The notes under the pieces are model-generated. The model saw only the letters and a list, made by a program, of their open reading frames with translations, was not told the DNA's origin and made no database searches. Positions 8,143-18,384 of a stretch of 60,698 bases of DNA are shown here, in pieces. The position numbers and the translations under genes are program-made. The DNA comes from a virus (Duplodnaviria; Caudoviricetes): the IMG/VR virus record IMGVR_UViG_3300018481_000007, positions 1 through 60,698 of that record; one strand, given 5' to 3'. How positions within the stretch are numbered: the first letter of the stretch is position 1; every line of letters begins with the position of its first letter.

Positions 8143-11100
8143 TCAGCCCCCTTCCGGTGTCAGGTCGGCGTCCGGGTCGTTGCCGCCGTTGGGTGCCGGA
8201 GAGAGCACCACGTTGACGGTCTCACCCTTCTCGGTGGACTCCACACTGATCGAGTCGAGTTTCTGCCACTGCAGCACCTGTCGGGGTGTGTTGATCGAGC
8301 GCAGCGGCAGCCAGACCCCCGGGATCAACTGCTGGAAGCCGATCCCGGCCTTGGGGGACAGGGTGGAGTTGTCCGGCACCCGCACGATCAGCGGAGCGGG
8401 CCAGCGACCGGCGATGTTGCGCCCCGCCTGGGCGATCAGCGTCTCCTGGGCCTTCGCCAGAGCCGCTGGGGTGAGGATCTCCGTCGACGCGGCCGAGGAG
8501 TCGCTGTAGGACGACGCCAACTGCTCGATCGGACCGTACGGGTAGGTCTTGGCTGGGACCTCGACGGCACCGGCCACCCCGGCGTTGTTGGTGACCGCGA
8601 AGTAGGTCGCCAACTGCATCCCGTACTCGGTCACGATGGGGGAGTCGGAGAAGTCGCCGTCCCGCAGTTCCGGCAGCCGCCCGATGGCCCGGTGGGTGTC
8701 CCAGAGCAGGATCCGCCGGCCCACGGTGGTGTAGTCGAGCCCGGCGGTGGCCGCCAGGTCGTCGACCTCCTCCCAGATCGTGCGGGACCAGTCCGCGACG
8801 ATCCGGGCCTGCTTCGCGTCGTCGGGGTACTCGATGGACGTCAGGTAGGGCAGCACGTTGGGGTCGTACGGGGCCAACCCCTGGATCAGCAACATAGTGG
8901 CTCGCTTGACCACGCTCAGCACACCGGTGCTCTGCTCGGGGATGCTGCCGGAGGCCTTCTGCACCAGCCGGTAGGAGTCGTTGTAGCCCTGCCGCATGAT
9001 CCGGCGGTAGGCGTAGGCCATCACGTCCTTGGCCTCGATCTCGACCGAGTTCTGGGTGTACGCGATCCGGGTGATGGGTCCCTCCCAGACCCGGACCCCG
9101 TCCCGGAAGATCACCAACTCGTGCATCCAGGTGCGGACCGAGCCGTACAACTGACCACAGTCGGCCGAGTAGCCGTTGGAGAAGGCGGTGGCGCTGGAGA
9201 TGTCGTCACGGACCCGGTTGAAGACCAGTCGCCCCATCGGCTCGATCTCCCCGAGCAGCTTCTGCCCGCCCTGCTCGTAGATGAACGCCCGGTAGGTGCC
9301 ACAGCCCAACGAGCCACCGGGGATGAGCACGTCGTCCGCCGAGGGCAGGGGATCGGCCGCCGCCCCGGGGGTGTTCAGGGCATAGAAGTGGAAGGAGTCA
9401 GACCAGCCCGAGGCCAGAGCCATGGCGGTGTCGTAGGTGCGGACCGCCCACTCGTAGGTGTAGTCGGCCGTGAAGGTGTCGGCCTGGATCGCCCAGAACG
9501 TGTCAGCCCCGGGGATGCCGGGGGTGGGTAGGCCGTTCAGTTGGATCCAGCCGTCGTTGGGACCCAGCACAGGGGCGGTCCCGGCGGTCACCTCCTTGGT
9601 GCGGCCCAGGGGCCGGTAGCGGAGGTCCGCCTTCTGCTGCCGGTCGGCGGTGTCGGGGTCGACGAACCGCCAGGAGAAGGTGATGGCGGCGTGGACGTCC
9701 AGAGCCGAGGCCTTAGGCGGACTAAGCAGGACCGGCGGCGAGTTCGTCGACTGCGACCGGAAGGTGAACAGCAGCGACCAGCCACCCCACTGGCTGCGGG
9801 CCGCGTCCCGGGTGCGGACCTGCCACTCCCAGAAGTAGTTGCCGGTGAAGGTGTTGGGGTTGAAGACCCAGAAGTTCTTCGACGACGACGGCGGTCCGGC
9901 GACCACCGGGGAACCGTTCTGGCCGGTGTAGGAGGTGGTGACCACCCAGGCACCGGGTGCGGTGGTCGAGGTCGCCGCCTTGCGGTACTGGAGTTGGAAG
10001 CCGGACTGGTAGTCCGACGGGTCCGGGTCGTTGTGGGTCCAGGTGAAGGTGGCCGAGGAGGTGGAGGGCAGCGTCATGCCGTTGCCCGTGTTGTTGACCG
10101 TCAGGCCCGTGGGCGCGGTCGGGGCACGGTCGGTGTAGAAGGTGAAGCCGCTGTAGGAGACCGAGTACATCCCCTTGGCGTCCTGCGAGTAGACCCGGAC
10201 GTAGTACATCGTGTTGAGCGCCAGCCCGGACAGGGTGGCGGTGGCCACCCTGCCGTTCGCGTGGTAGGTGACCCAGGGCGACCAGGCCGTCTTGTACGAG
10301 GCGAAGTTGCTGGTGGACGAGTAGAGCACCCTCATCCGGACTTTTTGCTTGTTGGTGTCGATCAGGTTGGCCGTGACCTTCACCGACGAGCCAGCCTTGG
10401 TCATCATCCCGTTGGTGACATCGACCCCGTTCAACTTGATGGTGCGCGGGATGGCCGGTGGCTGGTTCGCCGGGGCCGGGGTGACGTAGGTGATGGTCAC
10501 CGCGCCGTTGCCGGTACCGCCGGCACCCTGGGTGTTGGCCGCGCCGCTCAGACCACCGGTGAAGGACGAGCCACCGCCACCGCTGCCGCCGGGTGACTGA
10601 CCCGCCGCCGAGGCCCGGCCACCACCGCCACCGCGCAGACCACCACCGCCACCACCGCCACCGTGACCCGACCCGCTGGGCGGGGCACCACCGGCCGCTC
10701 CCGGGGACAGTGTCTGGTCCCCGGCGTTGGCGCCGTTGTACTTTGCGTTGGTCGGGGAGGCCCCGCCGTTGCCACCCTGGGTCTGGGTGCCACCGGTGGC
10801 GATCCCGGTGACGCTGCCGGTGCCGAACAGCGAGCCGTCGTGGCCCGAGGGACCACCGCCCGCACCACCGAGGGCCCCGTCACCGGAGTTGCCACCCGCA
10901 CCGCCCGCGACCGCCTTCAACGTGCCCGTGGTGGAGCCGATCCGGATGCAGGAGTAGCCGCCACCGCTCCAGCCGCCCCGGTTCCCGCTGCCCAGGCCGT
11001 TGCCGCCCTTGCCACCACCGCCGGAGACCGCCGCGCCACCAGTGGTGGTGCTGTTCGCCCGCCCCGCCTGTCCGACGTGGCAGTAGATCTTCTGGCCTGG

Positions 11101-11241
11101 CTTGACCGCGAGTTTGCCCGTCACCCGACCGGCCGGACGGGTGCTGGAGCCCGCGCCGTCCACCGTCACCGTCAGCGAGGTGACCTTCTTGGGGACGGTG
11201 AAGACGCTCCAGCCGATCTTCGTGTACGTGACGCTTGCCAT
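8143..11241 (-). CDS. Large minor tail protein (Gly-rich domain, Fn3-like repeats, baseplate-hub-like C-terminus)
   Basis: 1032 aa; GGGGGG tracts; repeated TFTW.H.DPD..D.Q / YEWAVRT.D; RDGVRVWEGPI. Confidence 0.8.
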   Translation of the reverse strand: MASVTYTKIGWSVFTVPKKVTSLTVTVDGAGSSTRPAGRVTGKLAVKPGQKIYCHVGQAGRANSTTTGGAAVSGGGGKGGNGLGSGNRGGWSGGGYSCIRIGSTTGTLKAVAGGAGGNSGDGALGGAGGGPSGHDGSLFGTGSVTGIATGGTQTQGGNGGASPTNAKYNGANAGDQTLSPGAAGGAPPSGSGHGGGGGGGGLRGGGGGRASAAGQSPGGSGGGGSSFTGGLSGAANTQGAGGTGNGAVTITYVTPAPANQPPAIPRTIKLNGVDVTNGMMTKAGSSVKVTANLIDTNKQKVRMRVLYSSTSNFASYKTAWSPWVTYHANGRVATATLSGLALNTMYYVRVYSQDAKGMYSVSYSGFTFYTDRAPTAPTGLTVNNTGNGMTLPSTSSATFTWTHNDPDPSDYQSGFQLQYRKAATSTTAPGAWVVTTSYTGQNGSPVVAGPPSSSKNFWVFNPNTFTGNYFWEWQVRTRDAARSQWGGWSLLFTFRSQSTNSPPVLLSPPKASALDVHAAITFSWRFVDPDTADRQQKADLRYRPLGRTKEVTAGTAPVLGPNDGWIQLNGLPTPGIPGADTFWAIQADTFTADYTYEWAVRTYDTAMALASGWSDSFHFYALNTPGAAADPLPSADDVLIPGGSLGCGTYRAFIYEQGGQKLLGEIEPMGRLVFNRVRDDISSATAFSNGYSADCGQLYGSVRTWMHELVIFRDGVRVWEGPITRIAYTQNSVEIEAKDVMAYAYRRIMRQGYNDSYRLVQKASGSIPEQSTGVLSVVKRATMLLIQGLAPYDPNVLPYLTSIEYPDDAKQARIVADWSRTIWEEVDDLAATAGLDYTTVGRRILLWDTHRAIGRLPELRDGDFSDSPIVTEYGMQLATYFAVTNNAGVAGAVEVPAKTYPYGPIEQLASSYSDSSAASTEILTPAALAKAQETLIAQAGRNIAGRWPAPLIVRVPDNSTLSPKAGIGFQQLIPGVWLPLRSINTPRQVLQWQKLDSISVESTEKGETVNVVLSPAPNGGNDPDADLTPEGG

Positions 11242-12560
11242 CAGGCGATCCGCGACACCAGGGCGAGGTCGACGACGGGACGACCGGTCTGCTGCTGAGG
11301 CATGTCCACGGTCACCACGTAGCCGAAGCCGCAGGAGAACTCAGGCCAGTCCATCGGCTTGCCGGAGGAGTCGGTGGCCAGCGAGTCAGCCCGCCGTCGA
11401 CCGATGCCCGCCGAGTCCAGATAAATGTCATGGTCTGGACCGTCGATCACCAGGGTGGAGGACGGCGGGATGTAGGAGATGACGATGTCGCCGCAGTAGT
11501 TGCACGGGTCGGAGTCGGGGCTGCCGGTACCGAACACGTCGGCGTAGAAGCGCAGCCGGACGTTCCGTGCCTCCTCGGCCCTGGTGGTCAACTTGATGAT
11601 CGGCACCACCTGGTCCCACAACGGGATGTCCTCCCGGGGGATCACGAAGGAGAACCGCAGGAAGTTGGGCGGGAAGTCGAAGCAGGTCGGCACCACGGTG
11701 GGGATGTCCGGGGGTGGCGAGAGCAGGTCGCACATCGGGTCGTAGACCGGGATGTAGGTCTCCACCGGGCAGACCGGGTCGTCGTCCACGTGACCGTCGT
11801 CGTCGAAGTGCGCCCCCTCCGGGATCACCCCGCCGTAGTAGGGCACCTCCACCGCCGGGTCCAGGAACCCCACCACGATGGGCTTCTCGACGCCGAACTC
11901 GGCCGGGTTCGCAGCGATCATGGTCCAGGACACCGACCAGGCGCAGCCTCCGTCATTCAGGTCCATCTTCGCCGTCACCACCGGACCGTTGGTGGTGGTC
12001 ACGTCGTGCATCGAGCGGCCGATCTTGTCGTAGCACTCCTCGGCCGTCAGCCCCTCGCTGGCGTTGTCGTCGATCACCGGCTCGCAGCCCAGGTAGCACA
12101 TCTCGGACCCACCACAGACCCCGTAGGAGGCGCTGTTGCAGTTGGTGGTGGTGAGCACCGAGCGGAGCCAGCGCATCCCGTACTCGACCGCACACTGGGA
12201 GGCACCCACCAGCACGGCGGTGAACACCATCGTGCGGGTCTTGCGCCGGGGCTTGTTCACGTAGCCACCGTCGATCACCGACTCGATCGCGGACGCCTCG
12301 GCGGTGGAGTCCTCGAAGCCGACGATCTCCAGCGGGTAGCAGCCGTAGAAGTCGTAGGAGTCCAGCCGATCCGGGTCTGTCCAGGGCGCATCGTCCTGCA
12401 GCGGGGTGGCGTACGGCTTCTCACCGAGCAGCCAGGGCAGGTCGGGCTGCTCGTAGACGGGCTTGAACCAGCCCACGTTGGCGTGTGCTGCGTAGGCCTC
12501 GGTGCGGGTCGCGTTGATGACCTCAGTGCCGTTGAACAGGACATAGCCAGGCCACATCAC
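11241..12560 (-). CDS. Minor tail protein (distal tail-like)
   Basis: Directly after the tape measure; GTEVINATRT..Y...APW.DP motif. Confidence 0.75.
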   Translation of the reverse strand: MMWPGYVLFNGTEVINATRTEAYAAHANVGWFKPVYEQPDLPWLLGEKPYATPLQDDAPWTDPDRLDSYDFYGCYPLEIVGFEDSTAEASAIESVIDGGYVNKPRRKTRTMVFTAVLVGASQCAVEYGMRWLRSVLTTTNCNSASYGVCGGSEMCYLGCEPVIDDNASEGLTAEECYDKIGRSMHDVTTTNGPVVTAKMDLNDGGCAWSVSWTMIAANPAEFGVEKPIVVGFLDPAVEVPYYGGVIPEGAHFDDDGHVDDDPVCPVETYIPVYDPMCDLLSPPPDIPTVVPTCFDFPPNFLRFSFVIPREDIPLWDQVVPIIKLTTRAEEARNVRLRFYADVFGTGSPDSDPCNYCGDIVISYIPPSSTLVIDGPDHDIYLDSAGIGRRRADSLATDSSGKPMDWPEFSCGFGYVVTVDMPQQQTGRPVVDLALVSRIA

Positions 12561-12590
12561 GCACCCCTTCCCTTAGGTTGACTAAGCCGC

Positions 12591-15500
12591 TCAGACATAG
12601 GACGCCGCCGTCAGTCGGGCGAAGACCTCGGCCGCCACAGCCCTGGGATCCTCGGTGGGCGTGATGATGGTGACCTGCATGACCGGCTCGGTGTTCTCCT
12701 TGCCGGTATCGACGCTGAGCCCGCTGTTCCTGGGCACCGGCAGCCCCTGGGCGATGGCCGACAGCGCTCGCACCGCCGGATCGACGTAGGCCAGGTTGCG
12801 GTTCAGCGGCACCACAGCCTCGGGTCCGGCCTCGCCGATCATCCGGACCTGGGGGCCGTTGAAGACACCACCACCGGCGGTCTCCGGCACGATCACCCTG
12901 GCGGTCACCGTCGGCTGGGGGATGTCGGGGATGTTCACCTTCACGGTGATCTCGACAGGACCGATGGCCTGCTCGATCCGCTTGTTCAGACCCCGGAACT
13001 GGTCCACGATGCCATCGGCGATGGAGTTGGCCTCACGCACCGCCGCATTACCCCAGGAACTCATGGCCTCGGCCAGGCTGCCCGCCTGCCTGATCGAGGC
13101 TGCAGCCATGCCGGAGAACTGATTGGCGATGCTGACCGAGGTCCGGTCGGCGATGCCTGGGGCTGGGGCCAGCCAGCCGGAGAGCGCGCTGCTGAACGAG
13201 GTGGCCGCCCTGATGATCCGACCCGCCAGCCCGGTGAACGCCCGAACGATGGCGTCGGCGGTCCGGGTGGCAATGCCACCCACCCCGGAGAACCAGGTGC
13301 TGAACGCCTGGCTGACGTTCCCTGCCGTCTGGATGATCTTGGTCGCCAGGCCACTGAAGGCGTCGATCACCAGTCTGGCGACCCGGGCAGCCTCCTCGGG
13401 CACCCCGAACATCCAGACGACGAAGAGCCCGACCAGCGGCCCACCGAGGGCGAACAGGATGGCGGTGGGCAGGGTGCCAAACAGCCGGATGATCTCGTTG
13501 ATCAGGTCCGGCACGATCGAGTTGCCCACCAGGGCGTTGTAGAGCCAGAGCCACGGCCAGATCAGGGCGTTGACCGCGATCTGCATCGGGAGCGGCAGTC
13601 TGGCGACGTTGGTCGTCCACCACTCGAAGAACCCGTTGAACAGCATCTGGATGCCAGCGAACACGTCCTCGAACAGCCGCAGTGCCTCGACGAGGAAGTC
13701 GCCCAGGGTCATGGCGCTGAACACGTCCTGGATGTCGGGAACCAGGACGTTGACGATGTAGTCCTTGATCTGCCCGAAGGCGTCGATGATGCCCTGCACG
13801 GCCCCCGCCGCACCGGAGATCATGTTCTGGAAGGCTGCGATCCCGGCGCTCAGCGTCTCCAGCAGGAAGGTGTTCCACCGGTCCAGCAACCCGGCACCGA
13901 TGGTCAGCCAGCCGATGAGCGACTCCAGGGCGCCGACCATCCCGAGCAGCATGAAGCGACTGGTCGGGGTGTCCAGGGCGTCGATGAACTTGACCGCCTG
14001 GACGACCACCTGACCGAGGGCCCCGGCGAGTTGCTCGGCGAAGCCGAACATGTCTTTCAGGGCCTGCTGACCCTCTGGGCTGGTCAGCCACTTGTTGAGG
14101 TCCTCGGCGGCGTCAGCCAGGCTGGTGATGATGTTGTCGCCGGTTGACTTGCCTGCCGAGAACACGGTGGCGATGACACTGCCCACCTGGACGATCAGGT
14201 CCCACAGCCGCATGGCGCTGCCCGCGGCCTTGTCGAAGAACTGGGCCAGTTTGGACCCGCCCCGGGCTCCGTCGTCCTTGCTGAAGTCGGCGAACGCCTT
14301 GGATACCTCCTCCATCCAGCCCAGGAAGTCGGTGATGTAGGGCTCCAGCACGATGAATCCCCGGATCAGACCGAGGCCGATGTTGCCCCCGATCTTGCCC
14401 AGGGTGGTCACCATCGGCGGCAGGATCTCCGACAGGTTCGTCATCAGTTTGACGAACTCTTTGCTCTTGGCCACGTCACCAAGATCATCGAGCAGGTCGC
14501 CGAGGGCCCTGGACACCGACTTCACGACTGGCTCGACGGCCTTCAACAGGACGGTCAGGTTGTCCAGCCCGCCCCCGTCCTTGCCGAACAGACCCTCGGA
14601 GGCGATCCGCTGGAGGCGCTTGAACTGGTCCTCCAGTTCCTTCAGGTTCTGCTTGACCGCCTTGTTCTTCTTGTCCAGCCCGCCGATGGCCAGGGCAACC
14701 ACACCGATGGCCACAGCCAGCGGGAACAGCGACCCGGCGGCGGCCACCGCCCCACCCACCAGAGCGAAGCCGAGTGACCCGGCCAGGGACAGCACGATCC
14801 CGGTCAGTCCGACGAGGGCAGCAGCGGCGGGGCCCAGGCTGACCCCGAGGGTGGTCAGCAGCCCGACCGCCGCGCCGACAGCGGCGATCAACCCGGGCAG
14901 CCCCTGGGAGGCCAGGTTGAGGAACGCCCCACGCAGGCTGCCCGCCTCGTCGACCAGCGCCTGGAAACGGGTGACCATCCGACCGACCTGCTCGGCGATC
15001 AGACCGGGCCATCGGTAGAAGGTGGTGAACACCCGGGTCAGCCGAGACATCCCCTGGATGAAAGAGCCGAAGAAGTTGAGGAAGTTGTTCCGGCTGCCCT
15101 TGCCGAACACCCGACCCAAGGTGGTGCCGGTCTTGTCGATCTCCTCCCGGAACCTGGTCAGCCGAGGGGTGGCGTTGACCACCTCCCGGCGCATCAGGGT
15201 GACCGTGGCGCGGAAGGAGTCCAGGTTGGTGACAGCGTCGGGAAGGGCGGCGACCATCGCGCGGATGTCCCTGAGGAACTGTCGCCGCGAGCGGCCGGTG
15301 TTGTCCAGCCCCTGGGCGTAGCGCTTGGTGCTGGCCTCCAGTTCGTTGAACAGGATGGCGTTGTCGTCGGCGATGCCCCGGTAGGCCTTGGCTGCCTCGG
15401 CGCGCAGGTTGTGCAGCCGGTTGATCAGCTCGACCTCGCCGATGCTGCCGCTGGCCAGGTCCGCGCGCAGATTCTGGAGGATCTTGTTCCCGACGTCGGG

Positions 15501-15803
15501 GAACAGTCGGTTGACCGTGTCGGCGAAGCCTTCTTCAAGGTCACCGGCGAGCAGCGCGCCGATCCGGTTGTACCGACCCCGGCCCTGTTCGAGCGCATCG
15601 GTGAAGGACTCCAGTGGGTCCTCGTCGTCACCCGGCAGACCGGAGTTCCAGCCCCGGTTGTAGGCGTCGTTGTGGCGCTCGCCAACCTTTGTGAAGGTCG
15701 GCTCGGCCTCGCGGAGTTGACGCTCGGCGTCAGCCTCGAAGCCGGTGCCGTCGGCGAGGATGCGGACGTACGCCGCTCCGATGGTCTCGCCTCTGATGGG
15801 CAC
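12591..15803 (-). CDS. Tape measure protein
   Basis: 1070 aa, Ala/Gly/Leu-rich helical; IGAAYVRI N-terminus; GEAGPEAVVPL C-terminus. Confidence 0.9.
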   Translation of the reverse strand: MPIRGETIGAAYVRILADGTGFEADAERQLREAEPTFTKVGERHNDAYNRGWNSGLPGDDEDPLESFTDALEQGRGRYNRIGALLAGDLEEGFADTVNRLFPDVGNKILQNLRADLASGSIGEVELINRLHNLRAEAAKAYRGIADDNAILFNELEASTKRYAQGLDNTGRSRRQFLRDIRAMVAALPDAVTNLDSFRATVTLMRREVVNATPRLTRFREEIDKTGTTLGRVFGKGSRNNFLNFFGSFIQGMSRLTRVFTTFYRWPGLIAEQVGRMVTRFQALVDEAGSLRGAFLNLASQGLPGLIAAVGAAVGLLTTLGVSLGPAAAALVGLTGIVLSLAGSLGFALVGGAVAAAGSLFPLAVAIGVVALAIGGLDKKNKAVKQNLKELEDQFKRLQRIASEGLFGKDGGGLDNLTVLLKAVEPVVKSVSRALGDLLDDLGDVAKSKEFVKLMTNLSEILPPMVTTLGKIGGNIGLGLIRGFIVLEPYITDFLGWMEEVSKAFADFSKDDGARGGSKLAQFFDKAAGSAMRLWDLIVQVGSVIATVFSAGKSTGDNIITSLADAAEDLNKWLTSPEGQQALKDMFGFAEQLAGALGQVVVQAVKFIDALDTPTSRFMLLGMVGALESLIGWLTIGAGLLDRWNTFLLETLSAGIAAFQNMISGAAGAVQGIIDAFGQIKDYIVNVLVPDIQDVFSAMTLGDFLVEALRLFEDVFAGIQMLFNGFFEWWTTNVARLPLPMQIAVNALIWPWLWLYNALVGNSIVPDLINEIIRLFGTLPTAILFALGGPLVGLFVVWMFGVPEEAARVARLVIDAFSGLATKIIQTAGNVSQAFSTWFSGVGGIATRTADAIVRAFTGLAGRIIRAATSFSSALSGWLAPAPGIADRTSVSIANQFSGMAAASIRQAGSLAEAMSSWGNAAVREANSIADGIVDQFRGLNKRIEQAIGPVEITVKVNIPDIPQPTVTARVIVPETAGGGVFNGPQVRMIGEAGPEAVVPLNRNLAYVDPAVRALSAIAQGLPVPRNSGLSVDTGKENTEPVMQVTIITPTEDPRAVAAEVFARLTAASYV

Positions 15804-15821
15804 GTCGCCTCCTTAGACCGT

Positions 15822-16118
15822 CTAAGCCCGCTGGGCCTGGTGCATGGCCATCGTGGCCATGAAGTCGGACGCCTCGTCCTCGGCCTGGAAGGGTGTCGGC
15901 TCGGCCTTCCGGGCCACCTGGTGGGGTAGCGGCTCGCTGAGCAGGGCGTCCCAGTCGGCCCGCTTCTCCGGCTCCACCCGCTGCACGCACCACCCGTAGA
16001 CCAGGTTCATGAACCGGTACGGGGGTTGGTGAATCAGGTCAAGGCTGGCGTACGCCGCGTCGACTTCTTCCCACCTCTCGGCGGCGATGACGTAGAGGCG
16101 GAGGCACTGGGGAAAGGG
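15822..16118 (-). CDS. Tail assembly chaperone, -1 frameshifted extension
   Basis: -1 frame is open from the slippery site to TAG at 15822-15824. Confidence 0.75.
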   Translation of the reverse strand, partial: PFPQCLRLYVIAAERWEEVDAAYASLDLIHQPPYRFMNLVYGWCVQRVEPEKRADWDALLSEPLPHQVARKAEPTPFQAEDEASDFMATMAMHQAQRA

Positions 16119-16444
16119 CGACCCCCCCACTCCTCGGTCAGCCACTCCATGATCTCGACGATCTTGGACAGCGGGATGATGTTCTGCCGACCCATCATCC
16201 GCTGCACCACGTACCGCTCGGACTCCTCGTCGAGCACGTTGATGAAGAAGTCGATGATCCCGGCGGCCTGGTCCATGTTCGAGGCGTGCCGCCCCAGCGA
16301 CATCACCAGCAGGGCGAACTGGCCCTCGGTTGGCTTGTAGGCCCGCAACTCGGGACCGTTCTCCTCGACCCGGAAGACCAACGGCTCCTCTTCGGTGCCC
16401 TCCTCGGACTGTTTCACTGCGGTGATGAACTCGCGTACTGCCAC
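16034..16444 (-). CDS. Tail assembly chaperone
   Basis: GGAGG SD; lies before the tape measure; WGGRPF end motif. Confidence 0.8.
   Translation of the reverse strand: MAVREFITAVKQSEEGTEEEPLVFRVEENGPELRAYKPTEGQFALLVMSLGRHASNMDQAAGIIDFFINVLDEESERYVVQRMMGRQNIIPLSKIVEIMEWLTEEWGGRPFPSASASTSSPPRGGKKSTRRTPALT
16112..16118 (-). other. -1 ribosomal frameshift heptamer C CCT TTC
   Basis: X XXY YYZ in the correct phase (Pro-Phe in both frames). Confidence 0.75.
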
Positions 16445-16519
16445 GATGCCTCCCTGGTCGTTTCGGCCTGAGCCTAGGAGGGGCTGGGCACGCGAGCCAG
16501 TCCCCACCGGAGGGGGGAG

Positions 16520-17032
16520 TCATGACAGACCGATGGGGAAGGGGACCTTGCCGATGGCCGGATGCTGCCGGGCTGTCTTCTGCCAGCCCGTGTAGAAGAA
16601 GTTGTTCGCGTCCTGTCCGCTGACTCTGAACTTGGGTGTCACCGGTGGGTGCCTGTTGCGGCCGACTGCCATCGTCATCCCCGGTGCGGGCACCCGCTTC
16701 CCAGCCGCGTTGACGGTCCAGGCCTGGGGGTTCTTCTCGTGACCGGGGAGGTTCCACAGGGCGTCCGACATGATCGGGCCGGTGGTGCCCCTGATGACGT
16801 ACAGCACGTACGGCATGTTGGAGCCGATGGTGGCCTGGATCTTCTTGGTACCGGGCTTGCGGTAGGTCACCCGGATGCTCCGCTTCAACTTCCCGGTCCG
16901 GCTCTTGACCCCGGCGCGGGTGTTCGCCCCGAACTTGGTGCCCACCTTGCGGACCCAGACCCAGACCAGGCCACGGGGCCGGTAGAGCGCCCCGTCGATG
17001 ATGACCACCCGGGTCAGTACGGCGGCGGCCAT
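16520..17032 (-). CDS. Tail completion protein (HK97 gp10-like)
   Basis: RTGKLKRSI...YVLYVIRGT. Confidence 0.7.
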   Translation of the reverse strand: MAAAVLTRVVIIDGALYRPRGLVWVWVRKVGTKFGANTRAGVKSRTGKLKRSIRVTYRKPGTKKIQATIGSNMPYVLYVIRGTTGPIMSDALWNLPGHEKNPQAWTVNAAGKRVPAPGMTMAVGRNRHPPVTPKFRVSGQDANNFFYTGWQKTARQHPAIGKVPFPIGLS

Positions 17033-17547
17033 CAGAAGATCACCACCGCGACCTGGAACATGCCACCCACCAGGGCACCCTCGGGCCCGTACGGCTGGTA
17101 CTGCCCCATCATCCAGTCCTTCGAGCCGTGGCAGCAGGCGACGGCGCGCCACATCGCCATCATGTCGGCCGCCTGCAGCCGGGTGGCCTCGGCCATCGAC
17201 TCCGGCGTGGGTGGCTCCCCGCCCTCCCCAACGTCCAGGCAGCGCACGATGCCCACCTCGATGTCGACGCCGATGCCCATCGCGCAGTTGCCCGGCCGCT
17301 CGGCGGCGGCGCCGACCGAGGTCGAGGGATAGGACGCGATCATCCGCACCCAGGCCATGCCGCAGACGTCGTCGCAGTCCCCCGCGTAGTCCAGCGGCAC
17401 CTCGGCACCCGGCATCGTCCCGCAGAAGCAGGTGGGTGGCAGTCCGTCGATCTCGATCTGGGCGCACAGGCAGGTGGCCAGGTTCTCCAGCACCTGGCCG
17501 ACCAGGGAGTCGTACGTGGGCAGCACGAGCGGCTCGGTGACCGTCAC
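17032..17547 (-). CDS. Putative tail terminator/neck protein
   Basis: Synteny; GPEGALVGG C-terminal motif. Confidence 0.6.
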   Translation of the reverse strand: MTVTEPLVLPTYDSLVGQVLENLATCLCAQIEIDGLPPTCFCGTMPGAEVPLDYAGDCDDVCGMAWVRMIASYPSTSVGAAAERPGNCAMGIGVDIEVGIVRCLDVGEGGEPPTPESMAEATRLQAADMMAMWRAVACCHGSKDWMMGQYQPYGPEGALVGGMFQVAVVIF

Positions 17548-18305
17548 GCCCCCACCACCCGGGGCGTGCGCTGGCCCGGGAACCACACCGACGAGGCCTG
17601 GCGCATGTTGTTGGGGTTCCACAGGCCGATCCAGGCGTCCACCTCGCGGATGCCGGTCATGCCGGTGGGGAAGGCTCCGGCCGCGATGTCGTAGGAGACA
17701 CCCTGCCGTGTGATCGAGGTGACGTTCGCCGGCAGACGGCACTTGCCACCCGTGCACGCCTTGGCGAACTCCATCGCCAGCACTCCGGCGGCGTACGCGG
17801 CCAGTGCATCCGGGGCGGCGGCGTTGAGGTAGCGGACCGCGAAGGTGTCGGGCTCGGTGTCGGCGGCGGTCATGTCCTGGCACACCGGCCAGGGGCAGTC
17901 ACCGTCACCGATCCACACCAGCCGGTCTCCGTCCACCCGGTAGTCGGTGGTGGGGAGTTCCACCCCGTCCACCTTGACCCAGGACACGGGGCCGACGGGT
18001 GCGGCGAGACGCACCTCGCACAGCGCTGTGCAGGAGCACTCGGTCGTGCAGCCGCAGGTGTTCACCCACGAGCCGTCAGCCAGTTGGGTGGGCCCCCAGG
18101 AGCGGGACCGGTAGAGCGAGAGGTCCCAGCAGCCCAGCACGCAGGGCCGCACGGTGATGGGGCAGCCACCGACGCGGTAGCCGCTCAGCCGCCGCAGCGT
18201 GGCCGCCGACAGTCCCAGAGCGCGGGCCTGGACCTCAGGGTCCAGCGCCTCCCACTCGGTCGTCAGACAGGCGGGATCGACGGGCCAGTCGCAGTCGGTC
18301 GGCAT
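17544..18305 (-). CDS. Head-to-tail adaptor
   Basis: CRLPANVTSITRQGVSY...TGIREVDAW...NP. Confidence 0.8.
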   Translation of the reverse strand: MPTDCDWPVDPACLTTEWEALDPEVQARALGLSAATLRRLSGYRVGGCPITVRPCVLGCWDLSLYRSRSWGPTQLADGSWVNTCGCTTECSCTALCEVRLAAPVGPVSWVKVDGVELPTTDYRVDGDRLVWIGDGDCPWPVCQDMTAADTEPDTFAVRYLNAAAPDALAAYAAGVLAMEFAKACTGGKCRLPANVTSITRQGVSYDIAAGAFPTGMTGIREVDAWIGLWNPNNMRQASSVWFPGQRTPRVVGA

Positions 18306-18332
18306 ATCGGCATCTTCCTCCCTCGGACGCGG

Positions 18333-18365
18333 TGACGGCCACGCCCCGTCGGGACGTGGCCGTCA
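18333..18365 (-). terminator. Stem-loop after the major tail gene
   Basis: TGACGGCCACG...CGTGGCCGTCA. Confidence 0.6.
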
Positions 18366-18384
18366 TGGTTAGGTCGCCTAAGGC

